A stretch of 64,000 nt of DNA from Bacteroidia bacterium (GCA_044370475.1 JBILVK010000001.1:53969-117968), one strand, 5' to 3'; shown: positions 8,089 through 17,943, counted from the stretch's first letter. The notes: generated by a model not told the origin, from the letters alone. Program-made: numbers and translations.

Positions 8089-10257
8089 TTATTTTGAATA
8101 TAAATACTCAGAATTTCTATAACCTTTTAAGTCTTTGTACCAATCCGTATAAATTTCTCCTGAACTCTGCGCCCATTGCGCAAAATGTAGATATGCTTGT
8201 GTTACATCTGGCCTTTCTTTTAAGCCCAATAACGACAATTCAACGCAATAGTCGAATGTTTCTGGAATCACAATTCCCCAAGGCAAATTATTCTTTGTGA
8301 GGTAATATTTTCCTTTCTCCAAATTAGTATCATCATCTGCATAACCAAATAATGTTTTATCAGCCAATGCAGAGGGCGCCTGACCAGCAATATGGATTTC
8401 ATAGCCTCTACCTTTTTTAGATTCATTCATCCAAATAAATGGATCAAAATGTGACACCTCTCCAAATTCTTTCATAGAAACTCCTTTATTTACCATGAAA
8501 GAAACCAAATACTCTTTAAAATCAACTTTAGGTTGTGACATTACAGTATTCCATCCCCCTAATTCCTTTTTACTGTTGTCGAATATTTCAAATACCACAT
8601 TCTTATGCCCTTCTTCCAACTTTGCACCATCAAGTTTTTCTATATTACTTGGGTCAAAAGGAAGACCCATGCAAAATGCAATTTGTTGAACACCTCCAGA
8701 AGCGCGCAATCTATAAAATCCTTCATATTTAGCAACTTCATTTTTGCCATTTGTAATCACATTATGTCTAAAATCCATCACCAAATCATTTAAATCATAA
8801 TCACCTTTACTTGGCCATAAGTCCTCATATGCCGCAGTAGCTGTTTCCTTTGCATTTGGGTAATAATTATTAAATGCTAAGTTTGGATCAGAAGGATACT
8901 CATCAATGTTATCTGCAACGCCATCGCCATCGGTATCTGTAATAGCAATTGAACCATTCCCATCAGAATTACATGGCCCTTTAGGTACATATAAGTCACA
9001 TAGTAAGGAAACACCAGCAGAAATAACTCCTGTATTGGTTTCAATCCCATTTGCATCACAATACTGAATTGCACCATTAATTCTACCTCCACCATTTATG
9101 GTTGTGTTATTAGCAACCTTAACCAATGAACTAGTACCTGTACCAGAAATAATATTATTAATAGTCATATTGTTTGTGGTGAACATAGAACCATTTGACA
9201 TGTTTAACACCCCACCACCATTAATGGTTGTTGATTGTAATACCTTAATATAGCTAGTATTAGTTATTGGGTTATTTAACGCAACATTGCCACTTACAAT
9301 CATCTGACAAGAGTTTGTAAATACCCCACCACCATTTTGATTGAAATCTACCCCAACATCGATTTTTCCACTATTTAATAAAGTTTTATTGTTGTTAAGG
9401 GTTCCAGTAATAGTCAAAGTTCCTTCATTGGTTATGATTGAAGAACCATTGATATTTAAACCACCCGCAACATAAATAGTACCATAATTATTTACATTTC
9501 CTCCTGGACTAAAATTGCTATTGATACTTGTTTGATTTCCCCAATTACCCATACTTGAGGTTCCATTCATATTAAAATTACCAATATTAACAACTGCAGT
9601 TGAACTAATTAAAATAACAGCGTCATTATTCAAGGTTAAATTGCTAATGTTTGCATTTCCACAAATCCTAACAGTACCTCTATTCACATTTATACTACCA
9701 GTAAAAGCTCCAGTAACACAAACCACTTCTGCGCTGTTATTTAAATTAATAGTATTATTACCAGTTACTGTAGAAGTACAGCCAGTATTACAATCAGGTG
9801 AAGCAGGGGTTGATTTATTTAAGTTCACCTTGCCCAAACCACCAACGATAATATCATTCTTTGATGCCGCTACAACCACCATTGAACTTGATTTGTCGGG
9901 GTTCCTCTTAACAATATACAATTGGTCAATTGCCCTGGTAAAGGTAAGTACTCTTTCAAACGGGGTGTACATATTTGCACTTCCAGAACAGATTAAATTA
10001 CCTGACCCAAATGGATTTCCATCATATACTTCAATTCGTTGTAATTGATTTACGTATATATTGCTTTCTACATTTACTTTCAAATTCACTTTACGTGAAT
10101 TTTCGTACTTAAAATTATCTGGAACAATCATCTCATTGATGTTGCCAACATTCTGGGTTAAGTCGGCTTGAGGGGTAGTAGAATCACTTGTTGTAGATTT
10201 CTTACAACTTGTAAAGGTTAATACTACAAGACTTAAAATAATAGCAATTTTTTTCAT
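8089..10257 (-). CDS. LruC/DUF4842-domain lipoprotein with N/G-rich beta-solenoid region
   Basis: Lipobox FTSC; DTDGDGVADNIDEYPSDP; AYEDLWPSKGDYDLNDLV; LPWGIVIP; AYLHFAQWAQS.G...DWY. Confidence 0.85.
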   Translation of the reverse strand: MKKIAIILSLVVLTFTSCKKSTTSDSTTPQADLTQNVGNINEMIVPDNFKYENSRKVNLKVNVESNIYVNQLQRIEVYDGNPFGSGNLICSGSANMYTPFERVLTFTRAIDQLYIVKRNPDKSSSMVVVAASKNDIIVGGLGKVNLNKSTPASPDCNTGCTSTVTGNNTINLNNSAEVVCVTGAFTGSINVNRGTVRICGNANISNLTLNNDAVILISSTAVVNIGNFNMNGTSSMGNWGNQTSINSNFSPGGNVNNYGTIYVAGGLNINGSSIITNEGTLTITGTLNNNKTLLNSGKIDVGVDFNQNGGGVFTNSCQMIVSGNVALNNPITNTSYIKVLQSTTINGGGVLNMSNGSMFTTNNMTINNIISGTGTSSLVKVANNTTINGGGRINGAIQYCDANGIETNTGVISAGVSLLCDLYVPKGPCNSDGNGSIAITDTDGDGVADNIDEYPSDPNLAFNNYYPNAKETATAAYEDLWPSKGDYDLNDLVMDFRHNVITNGKNEVAKYEGFYRLRASGGVQQIAFCMGLPFDPSNIEKLDGAKLEEGHKNVVFEIFDNSKKELGGWNTVMSQPKVDFKEYLVSFMVNKGVSMKEFGEVSHFDPFIWMNESKKGRGYEIHIAGQAPSALADKTLFGYADDDTNLEKGKYYLTKNNLPWGIVIPETFDYCVELSLLGLKERPDVTQAYLHFAQWAQSSGEIYTDWYKDLKGYRNSEYLYSK

Positions 10258-10279
10258 AAACTTTTAATTGTTTGAATTG

Positions 10280-10287
10280 CAAAAGTA
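10280..10287 (-). promoter_or_regulatory. -7 promoter element of LruC gene
   Basis: Reverse complement TACTTTTG, 22 nt upstream of start. Confidence 0.55.
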
Positions 10288-10493
10288 AACAATAACATCA
10301 AACTATATTTGGCTAAAAGAAATTTTACAATTTACAATTTGTTTATAATGTGGCATTTAGATGGCCAAAAACAGCTTCTTGTGACTAATTTTGTGCTAAA
10401 ATGAAACAAAAACAGGCCTTAAGTCTCATTTTGAACTGACCAAAAAAAGGGACTAGCTAACATAAGTCAATGCTATTCTGTGATTTATTGATT

Positions 10494-10508
10494 TGGTCTG
10501 ATAATTGT
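10494..10508 (+). promoter_or_regulatory. candidate sigma54 (-24/-12) promoter
   Basis: TGGTCTGATAATTGT = GG-N10-GT, 30 nt upstream of the kinase ORF; palindromic UAS-like sites further upstream. Confidence 0.35.
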
Positions 10509-10538
10509 TTTAGATTATGTTTATCAATTCAAAAATAA

Positions 10539-12206
10539 ATGCTCCAAGGCCTATTAAATAGAATGTACAGAATGAAGATTGGTACGCGAACCGCTATCAG
10601 TTACTTCACTGTGATCATGGTTGTAATGATTTTTACAACCAGTTCAATTCTATTATTACAATATGGCAAAAATATTGATATCAAAATTGCAAGTAGCTTT
10701 AGTCCTGTAATCAGTGCCATTAAGGATTACCAATTCCTCATAGAAGAATCAGGAAGACTTAGTACAGATCTATCTATTCAACCAAATGCATCCAAAAGGG
10801 CCAGGTTAAAAAAAATCCACGAAAGAATTTACAACCGCCAAAAATTAACCTTAATTGGCCTTTGTCAAGAACCTGGTTTGGCAGACGTAAAGAAACGAAT
10901 TATTGGGGTTGACAAGCGCTTTGAGGCTGTTAAAAGAGCAGAGCAAGAATTACTCCAATTACTTGATACAAATAGTGCCTACTCAGACCCAATAAAAATG
11001 CAGCAAGCGGCAAGACTTAAGGATAAAATAGATGCCGATATTGGAAAACAAAGGTTGATTCTGAGTGAAACAAGTCTCCAAGCAATCAGTGTTTTTAATA
11101 AACTAGATGCACAAAAATTCTCAAGTTATAGAACACTTTCTTACTTGCTTTTAATTATGATTATAGTGATAGCCTTACTCGCTATCTTATCTATATATAT
11201 TACTAACGTTACCATTATTAAACCAATTAAAGAACTCAGCTCCATATTGGATGAAGTAGGTGCGGGTAAAATCATATCTTTCCAATCGCATATTGCAAGG
11301 TCCGATGAAATTGGAGATATGATTAATTCGGCTCAAAAGGTTGTGCAAGGATTTAAAACCAAGGAGCAGGTGGCAAATGCCATTGGAAAAGGAGATTACG
11401 ACATCAAAGTTCCAATGTTAAGTAGAAGAGACCGTTTAGGTAAAGCACTTTCAGAAATGAAAGACAATCTAAAAAGGTCTAAAGAAAAAGAGATAGAAAA
11501 CATTAAATCTTTAGAGGCATATACCAATAGGCTAGAAAAAAAGAATAAAGAATTAGACCAATTTGCATACATTACTTCACACGATTTAAAGAGCCCTTTA
11601 AGAGGCATCAATAATTTAACGGAATGGATTCAAGAAGACATGGGAGAAAATCTTAGTCCAGACTCCCTAAAATACTTCAATATGCTTAGAGGAAGAGTGC
11701 ACAGAATGGAGGCTCTCATTAACTCAATACTACAATACTCAAGAGCTGGTAAAACCCCAGAAAATCAAGAAACTTTAAGTTCAAAAGACATTGTTTACCA
11801 AGTATTAGAGAAGATGGAAATACCTAAAAATACGAGCATTTTGGTAGACAATCTACTTCCAGAAGTTATTGGAAATAGAAGAGATTTATTTGAGGTATTT
11901 AATGTTTTTATATCCAATGCCATTAACCACAATTTATCACTAGAACCAATTGTGAATATTACCTATAAAACCTTAGGAAATCAAATAGAATTTTGCATAG
12001 CAGACAATGGCCCTGGAATTGATTCAAGTTTTCACGAAAAAATATTTACAATTTTCCAAACTTTGGAAAGAAGAGATGAAGTTGAGAATATTGGGGCTGG
12101 ATTAGCGATAGGAAAAAAAATAGTGGAAGACTATGGCGGCAAGGTTAAATTGGATTCCAAGCTAGGTGAAGGCGCCAAGTTTTATTTTGATTGGCCTAAA
12201 CATTAA
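10539..12206 (+). CDS. membrane sensor histidine kinase (2 TM, periplasmic helical domain, HAMP, Cph1-type HisKA/HATPase)
   Basis: ELDQFAYITSHDLKSPLRGI, LQYSRAG, DNGPGID, FTIFQTL, GAGLAI. Confidence 0.92.
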   Translation: MLQGLLNRMYRMKIGTRTAISYFTVIMVVMIFTTSSILLLQYGKNIDIKIASSFSPVISAIKDYQFLIEESGRLSTDLSIQPNASKRARLKKIHERIYNRQKLTLIGLCQEPGLADVKKRIIGVDKRFEAVKRAEQELLQLLDTNSAYSDPIKMQQAARLKDKIDADIGKQRLILSETSLQAISVFNKLDAQKFSSYRTLSYLLLIMIIVIALLAILSIYITNVTIIKPIKELSSILDEVGAGKIISFQSHIARSDEIGDMINSAQKVVQGFKTKEQVANAIGKGDYDIKVPMLSRRDRLGKALSEMKDNLKRSKEKEIENIKSLEAYTNRLEKKNKELDQFAYITSHDLKSPLRGINNLTEWIQEDMGENLSPDSLKYFNMLRGRVHRMEALINSILQYSRAGKTPENQETLSSKDIVYQVLEKMEIPKNTSILVDNLLPEVIGNRRDLFEVFNVFISNAINHNLSLEPIVNITYKTLGNQIEFCIADNGPGIDSSFHEKIFTIFQTLERRDEVENIGAGLAIGKKIVEDYGGKVKLDSKLGEGAKFYFDWPKH

Positions 12207-12324
12207 AATCAATCTTATTTATTGGCATTACTATTCTTGGATTAATTAATTTTAAATTGTAAAATTATTCCTTGTAGATTTCTACATAATTTTGTAACCT
12301 TGTTTACTTGTTTAAATTTTATTT

Positions 12325-12756
12325 ATGGGGGACACAATGGTGAATATACTGCTAGTAGAGGACGATGAAGTAGACGTAATGAATGTGAAAAGAGCATTCA
12401 AAAAAAACAATGTTACAAATCCGCTTTTTATTTGTAACAATGGGATTGAAGCGTTAGAGTTTTTAAGAGGTGGTGGCAATGCTGGAATAAAAGAAATTCC
12501 AAAAATTATTCTGCTCGACCTTAACATGCCTAAAATGGGCGGAATCGAATTCTTGAGAGAGGTTAGAAAAGACGAAAAGCTTAAAAATATCAGCGTTTTT
12601 GTAATGACTACTTCTAATGAAGATAAAGATAAAGTTGATGCCTATAATTTAAATGTTGCTGGCTATATTCTAAAGCCTTTAAGCATGGAAAGATTTATTG
12701 AGGCCGTTTCAACTTTAAATAACTATTGGAAACTTTGCGAATTTCCAGATAAATAA
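12325..12756 (+). CDS. single-domain response regulator, Rcp1-like
   Basis: ILLVEDD, ILLDLNMPKMGG, MTTS.EDKD...AY.LNVAGYILKP. Confidence 0.92.
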   Translation: MGDTMVNILLVEDDEVDVMNVKRAFKKNNVTNPLFICNNGIEALEFLRGGGNAGIKEIPKIILLDLNMPKMGGIEFLREVRKDEKLKNISVFVMTTSNEDKDKVDAYNLNVAGYILKPLSMERFIEAVSTLNNYWKLCEFPDK

Positions 12757-12762
12757 TTTTTC

Positions 12763-14763
12763 ATGAGCCAAGAAACGCCTTCTTCAGTATACAAATTACT
12801 CCTAATAGACGACGATGAAGTAGATGTAATGACTTTTCAGAGGTCATTAAAAAAATCTGATTTAACATACACTTTAGATGTATGTTATAATGCCAATGAA
12901 GCGCTAGCAACCATTGAATCTAAAACATTTGATTGCATCTTTTTAGACTACCTGCTCCCTGGAATTGATGGATTGCAGTTGCTAAGAAAATTGCGCGACA
13001 TGTCTATTAATACACCCGTTGCAGTAATGACATCACAAGGTGATGAAAAAATTGCCGTAGAGATGATTAAAAACGGGGCGTTCGACTATTTTACAAAAAA
13101 TGATATAAACCCAGATAAGATTTCCAAGGTAGTTTTATCTGCAATAAGGCTTTGGGATGCTGAAAGACAAAGGCATGTTGCTGAAAGAAAAATCATTGAG
13201 AATAATAGTAGACTCAATGCAATTCTTGAAAGTACTCGAAATTTAATTTATGCTTTTGATAGAGACCTAAATTTGATTTCATTTAACAGCTCTTTTAAGG
13301 AAAATTTGGAGCATTTATTGCGTTCAAACGGATTGGTAAAAACAGATATCAATCTAAAGGATATTCCTATTAATGATCAAAGAAAAAACGACTTAATTTC
13401 TAATATAGAAAGATGCTTTCTTGGTGAACAATTTACAGGACTAGAACAGGTGAGTTTTAGCAATGACGATCATAAGGAAATACCCTTTTATGAAACCACC
13501 TTCAATCCAATTATCAACGCCCTAGGAGAAGTAACGGGAGTTGCCATTTTTTCTCAAGACGTTACAGAGAATAAAAAAATTGAACATGATTTGCTAAACG
13601 CAAAAAATGATGCAATTGCGGCCGCACAAGCTAAGTCAGAATTTTTATCGAATATGAGTCACGAAATTCGTACTCCTATGAATGCAATTATTGGTTTAAC
13701 AGAGTTGCTGCTTGAAGAGGAATTTGAAGGCACTAACCTAGAAAATATTAAGTCGATTAAATATTCGGCAGACAACCTCCTAGTAATTATAAACGACATT
13801 CTTGATTTCAGTAAAATTGAAGCAGGTAAAGTTACGTTTGAGAATATTGATTTTGACATCAGGCATAGGATGAATGAGCTCAAAAAGACATTTGAGCATC
13901 GCACGAAAGAAAAATCCCTAGGCTTTGAAATATCGGTTCAGCCCGATGTACCAAGCTCCATAAAAGGAGATCCTTATCGCTTAAATCAGATTTTATTTAA
14001 TTTAGTTGGCAACGCAATTAAATTTACATCTGAAGGGAACATTAAAGTAACTGTAAATATTTTTGAACAGACTGAAAGCAAAATTTGGATTCAATTTATT
14101 GTAAAAGATAGTGGCATTGGAATTCCACTAAGTCAGCAATCCAAGATATTTGAAAGCTTTACACAAGCTAATACGGATACAACAAGAAAATATGGCGGCA
14201 CCGGACTTGGATTAGCTATTACCAAGAACTTGGTTCAATTGCAAGATGGAACAATTGGAATTGAGAGTGAAGTAGGAATTGGCACTTCATTTATTGTTAA
14301 GTTACCTTATGGAATTGGGGTAGCTGAGCATCAAGAAGACCTTACGCAAAAAAGAGCGGAACCTTCAGACCTTTCTGGCTTAAACATTTTGCTAGTTGAA
14401 GATAATTTGATGAATCAGTTTGTTGCGAAACAATTTTTCAAAAAGTGGAACAATGAATTAATAATCGCAAACCATGGGGCTGAAGCAATAACTGTTTTGC
14501 GCGAAAGAGATGACATAGATTTGGTTCTAATGGACTTACAAATGCCTGAAATGAGTGGGTTTCAAGCAGCAGAAATAATAAGAGGACAAAATTCAGTTGT
14601 TAAAAACTCTGAAATTCCAATCATTGCACTTTCGGCAGACGCCTTCCTTGAAACAAGGAGAAGAGTTATTGAAGCTGGAATGAATGATTATGTTACCAAG
14701 CCTTTTAAACCTGATGAATTATATAGCAAAATAGTTAAGTATACCCAAAAGGATAATATATAA
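12763..14763 (+). CDS. hybrid histidine kinase (REC-PAS-HisKA-HATPase-REC)
   Basis: FLDYLLPG; KSEFLSNMSHEIRTPMN; NLVGNAIKFT; YGGTGLGL; VLMDLQMP. Confidence 0.95.
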   Translation: MSQETPSSVYKLLLIDDDEVDVMTFQRSLKKSDLTYTLDVCYNANEALATIESKTFDCIFLDYLLPGIDGLQLLRKLRDMSINTPVAVMTSQGDEKIAVEMIKNGAFDYFTKNDINPDKISKVVLSAIRLWDAERQRHVAERKIIENNSRLNAILESTRNLIYAFDRDLNLISFNSSFKENLEHLLRSNGLVKTDINLKDIPINDQRKNDLISNIERCFLGEQFTGLEQVSFSNDDHKEIPFYETTFNPIINALGEVTGVAIFSQDVTENKKIEHDLLNAKNDAIAAAQAKSEFLSNMSHEIRTPMNAIIGLTELLLEEEFEGTNLENIKSIKYSADNLLVIINDILDFSKIEAGKVTFENIDFDIRHRMNELKKTFEHRTKEKSLGFEISVQPDVPSSIKGDPYRLNQILFNLVGNAIKFTSEGNIKVTVNIFEQTESKIWIQFIVKDSGIGIPLSQQSKIFESFTQANTDTTRKYGGTGLGLAITKNLVQLQDGTIGIESEVGIGTSFIVKLPYGIGVAEHQEDLTQKRAEPSDLSGLNILLVEDNLMNQFVAKQFFKKWNNELIIANHGAEAITVLRERDDIDLVLMDLQMPEMSGFQAAEIIRGQNSVVKNSEIPIIALSADAFLETRRRVIEAGMNDYVTKPFKPDELYSKIVKYTQKDNI

Positions 14764-14764
14764 T

Positions 14765-15208
14765 ATGAGTATATTCATTAACCAGGAAGAAATTACTCTC
14801 GAAGCGCTTAACAATCGTGGAATAAACACCTTAGCCGAATGGATAGGAATTGAGTTTATTGAATTAGGAGAAGATTATTTAATTGCAAAAATGCCTGTTG
14901 ACCACAGAACCATACAGCCTTTGGGCGTGGTGAATGGTGGGGCCTTTTGTGCATTAGCAGAAACGGTTGGCAGCATGGCAGCAAACCTATGTATTGATAG
15001 AAAAAAATTCGTGGCATTGGGTTTAGATATAAATGCAAATCATCTCAAAAGCGCTGGAAGAGGATCGGTCTATGGAACTGCAAAACCCTTTCATATTGGA
15101 AAAAGCACTCAAGTTTGGGAAATTAAAATAACCGATGATGAGGGTAAACTTTGCTGTATCAGTCGACTAACAATGGCTGTTGTTCCATTGCTTCCTCATG
15201 GAAAATAA
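14765..15208 (+). CDS. menI: hotdog-fold thioesterase, DHNA-CoA thioesterase (MenI/YdiI)-like
   Basis: MPVDHRTIQPLG.VNGGA...LAET.GS, INANHL, STQVWEIKI; adjacent to isochorismate synthase. Confidence 0.8.
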   Translation: MSIFINQEEITLEALNNRGINTLAEWIGIEFIELGEDYLIAKMPVDHRTIQPLGVVNGGAFCALAETVGSMAANLCIDRKKFVALGLDINANHLKSAGRGSVYGTAKPFHIGKSTQVWEIKITDDEGKLCCISRLTMAVVPLLPHGK

Positions 15209-16205
15209 TCCATTTGATTCGTTTGTTATTTATCGAGGGCCTTTTGAAACCAAAACGCATTTGATAAAAGGAAATTGCCAAATAGCAATGGAATCCATGA
15301 GCCAATTACAAGGGAATAATTTCGTTATTTCTCCTTTTAACAGCGGTCAAAAAGTCTTCTATATCCCATTTACCAAGCAACAAGAATTTACAGGGAACGA
15401 AATCCTAAACTATCATTTTATTCAACTCCAGGAACCAACTAATGATGTAGAAAATAGGTATAAAAACATCATAGAATTGGCCAAAAGGCAAATGGAGAAA
15501 GGAAAATTTCAAAAAGTTGTTTTAGCGAACAAAAAAGAATTTATAGCCAATAGCTTTAACCCAATTGAATTCTTTAGAAAGATAGAGGGCGCCTATAAAA
15601 ATGCATTTGTTTATCTTCTTTCATGTCCACAAACTGGCGTTTGGATTGGTGCTACTCCAGAACCATTAATAACAACAGAAGGAAATGAACACAAAACAAT
15701 TGCTTTAGCTGGAACCATTATGAAAGATGCTGAGCAAAAATTTGGTGAGAAAGAATTAAATGAACAAAACTTAGTGGAGGTTTTTATAGAAAATAAATTG
15801 CAACAAAATAAAATTCAATTCACTAAGAACGGACCATTCCCACAGGAATCAGCAAAGCTTGTTCACTTAAAAACTGAATACACCTTTGCAAAACAAACTA
15901 CGAATGAAAAATTATTCTCTCTATTAGAAGATTTAAATCCTACACCAGCTACCGCTGGCATTCCAAAGCAAAGTGCCATAAACTTTATAGAAAAACATGA
16001 AGGTTTTGAAAGAACTCTCTACACTGGGTTTCTAGGGGTAATAAAAGAAAACAACCCAAATCTATATGTAAACTTAAGGTGCATGCAATATTCTAACAAT
16101 CTAATCACCTTATATGCAGGTGCAGGAATTACAAAAGATTCAATTGCTATAAATGAATGGGTGGAGACACAAAATAAAATGAAAACCTTAGAAAATTTTC
16201 TTTAA
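15198..16205 (+). CDS. menF: isochorismate synthase (chorismate-binding)
   Basis: KVVLA, WIGATPE, ALAGT, KELNEQ, PTPATAG.P, LYVNLRCM, LYAGAGIT..S...EW.ET..K; ATG 15198 preferred over 15180. Confidence 0.85.
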   Translation: MENNPFDSFVIYRGPFETKTHLIKGNCQIAMESMSQLQGNNFVISPFNSGQKVFYIPFTKQQEFTGNEILNYHFIQLQEPTNDVENRYKNIIELAKRQMEKGKFQKVVLANKKEFIANSFNPIEFFRKIEGAYKNAFVYLLSCPQTGVWIGATPEPLITTEGNEHKTIALAGTIMKDAEQKFGEKELNEQNLVEVFIENKLQQNKIQFTKNGPFPQESAKLVHLKTEYTFAKQTTNEKLFSLLEDLNPTPATAGIPKQSAINFIEKHEGFERTLYTGFLGVIKENNPNLYVNLRCMQYSNNLITLYAGAGITKDSIAINEWVETQNKMKTLENFL

Positions 16206-16214
16206 AGAATGCTC

Positions 16215-16868
16215 TTACAAACATCTGTTCAAGAAATCATTCAGTGGCTTCATCTCCATAAAAGCATGAATCACCTCCTTTTCAAAACCTTTAGCAAATA
16301 AATCCTTGGTGCTGATATTTTTTACAAAAATGAAGCTTTTATGCTTTAAGTATGATATAGCAGGGTTATCATCTGTGTATCCTTTGGGTGGTCTACTGAG
16401 TTTTTCTCCATTTAAGGCGCCAAACAATTTTACAGCATTCTTATGCTCAACTATACCTTTAAATTCATCAAAATTGTAATCGATTTCTTGCCGAACCGAG
16501 GCCAATAATTCTGGACTAGGCTGATACGATCCCCCCGCTACAAATATCTCTTTAGGGTCAATATGAATATAGTAGCCTGAAGTCATTTCCTTTTTACCAC
16601 CCTTGTTTATGATCGCACCAAAATTGGTTTTGTAAGGAGACTTATCTTTGCTAAATCTAACATCCTTATTAATTCGAAAAATGCAATTCTTAGCATCAAT
16701 TGAACCAATACTTGGGTCAATTGCTTGGATAGAAGCAATCAAATCCTGCACAAATTGAATCCAATCTGTCCGCAAATCAGTATAGGTGCCTCTATTTTGG
16801 TCGAACCAATCCTTATTGTTATGCAAAGCCAATTGCTCTAAAAAAGAAATTAATTTTTTGAAATCCAT
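16215..16868 (-). CDS. DUF2461 family protein
   Basis: FL..L..HNNKDWF, IFRINKDVRFSKDKSPYK, GYYIHI, L.RPPKGY. Confidence 0.9.
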   Translation of the reverse strand: MDFKKLISFLEQLALHNNKDWFDQNRGTYTDLRTDWIQFVQDLIASIQAIDPSIGSIDAKNCIFRINKDVRFSKDKSPYKTNFGAIINKGGKKEMTSGYYIHIDPKEIFVAGGSYQPSPELLASVRQEIDYNFDEFKGIVEHKNAVKLFGALNGEKLSRPPKGYTDDNPAISYLKHKSFIFVKNISTKDLFAKGFEKEVIHAFMEMKPLNDFLNRCL

Positions 16869-16955
16869 TTTATCAAATAATTTATAGCAAAGTAATTCAA
16901 TTGCTTATTTTTGCAAGGTGCATTTTAAAACTAAGTGCATTTTATTTTAAAATCC

Positions 16956-17732
16956 ATGTTTGATAGAGAAAGACCAAGTTTTGAAGAAAGCAATAATGTA
17001 ACAGTAAAAAGGTGTTTTTTTGCTTACGAATGGGCTATCCCCTTCTTAAGAGATAAAAACACAGCAGATATTGGATGTGCCGATGGATACGGAACCCAAT
17101 ATTTAGCCAATTACACCCAAACAACCATTGGTGTAGATTACAGCGAAAAAACAATAGAGGAGGCTCGAAACAAACACAAGGCTAAATCAAATTTAAGCTT
17201 CATTTCTGGAAAGGTACCTCCTATTCCAATTGAATCAGAATCAAAGGATGTGGTTACTGCATTTCAATTTATTGAACACATTGATCAAAGAAAAGCCTTT
17301 ATGGAGGACGTAAAGCGTGTTCTTAAGCCAGGTGGCACATTTCTATGCACAACACCGAATGCTAAAATGAGCATAGCTAGAAACCCCTTCCACGTGCATG
17401 AATACACCTTTGATGAAATGAAAAATGAAGCTTCACAGGTTTTCGATAGCATAGAATTATGGGGAGTTCAAGGAAATGAAAAGGTTAATTTATACTATGA
17501 AGAAAATGCCAAGTGGGCAAAAAAAATACTGAGGCTTGATCCACTTGGATTGCATAAAATTATTCCTGCATCTTGGCTGGTGGCTCCCTACAACTTTTTA
17601 ACAAGTATGATGAGAAAAGAACTTAAAGAAACAAACGAGAATACCATCAAAATTGAGACCTCAGATTTCTACCTCACCCAAGACAGATTAGATCACACTT
17701 GGGATATAGTATTGGTTGGAAGAAAAAAATAA
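16956..17732 (+). CDS. class I SAM-dependent methyltransferase
   Basis: DIGCADGYG, FQFIEHI, RVLKPGG...TTPN, NPFHVHEY; -7 element TATTTTTG at 16906-16913. Confidence 0.9.
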   Translation: MFDRERPSFEESNNVTVKRCFFAYEWAIPFLRDKNTADIGCADGYGTQYLANYTQTTIGVDYSEKTIEEARNKHKAKSNLSFISGKVPPIPIESESKDVVTAFQFIEHIDQRKAFMEDVKRVLKPGGTFLCTTPNAKMSIARNPFHVHEYTFDEMKNEASQVFDSIELWGVQGNEKVNLYYEENAKWAKKILRLDPLGLHKIIPASWLVAPYNFLTSMMRKELKETNENTIKIETSDFYLTQDRLDHTWDIVLVGRKK

Positions 17733-17749
17733 ACCAATCTAACGAGATT

Positions 17750-17793
17750 CAACAAAAAGCCCAATTTCTTAAAGAGATTGGGCTTTTATGTTG
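17750..17793 (+). terminator. intrinsic terminator after methyltransferase
   Basis: AAAAGCCCAAT...ATTGGGCTTTT hairpin. Confidence 0.75.
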
Positions 17794-17943
17794 TATAGAG
17801 TGGTATACTTCCTATTTGCGTTACCAAACCTCAAAATACAATAATATATTATCTAGGAAAATTTAGCTTTCTAATACATCTGTGGAATATCCCTATTCCT
17901 TAAAATGTGAAGTCGTTAAACAATATTCCAATAGTAAAATCAC

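Noticed and set aside
12222-12237. TTGGCA upstream of the Rcp1-like gene as a sigma54 site
   Set aside because: The -12 position reads CT rather than GC/GT
17794-17943. 150-nt spacer between two terminators as a possible sRNA
   Set aside because: AT-rich, no convincing structure or clear promoter; cannot be supported from sequence
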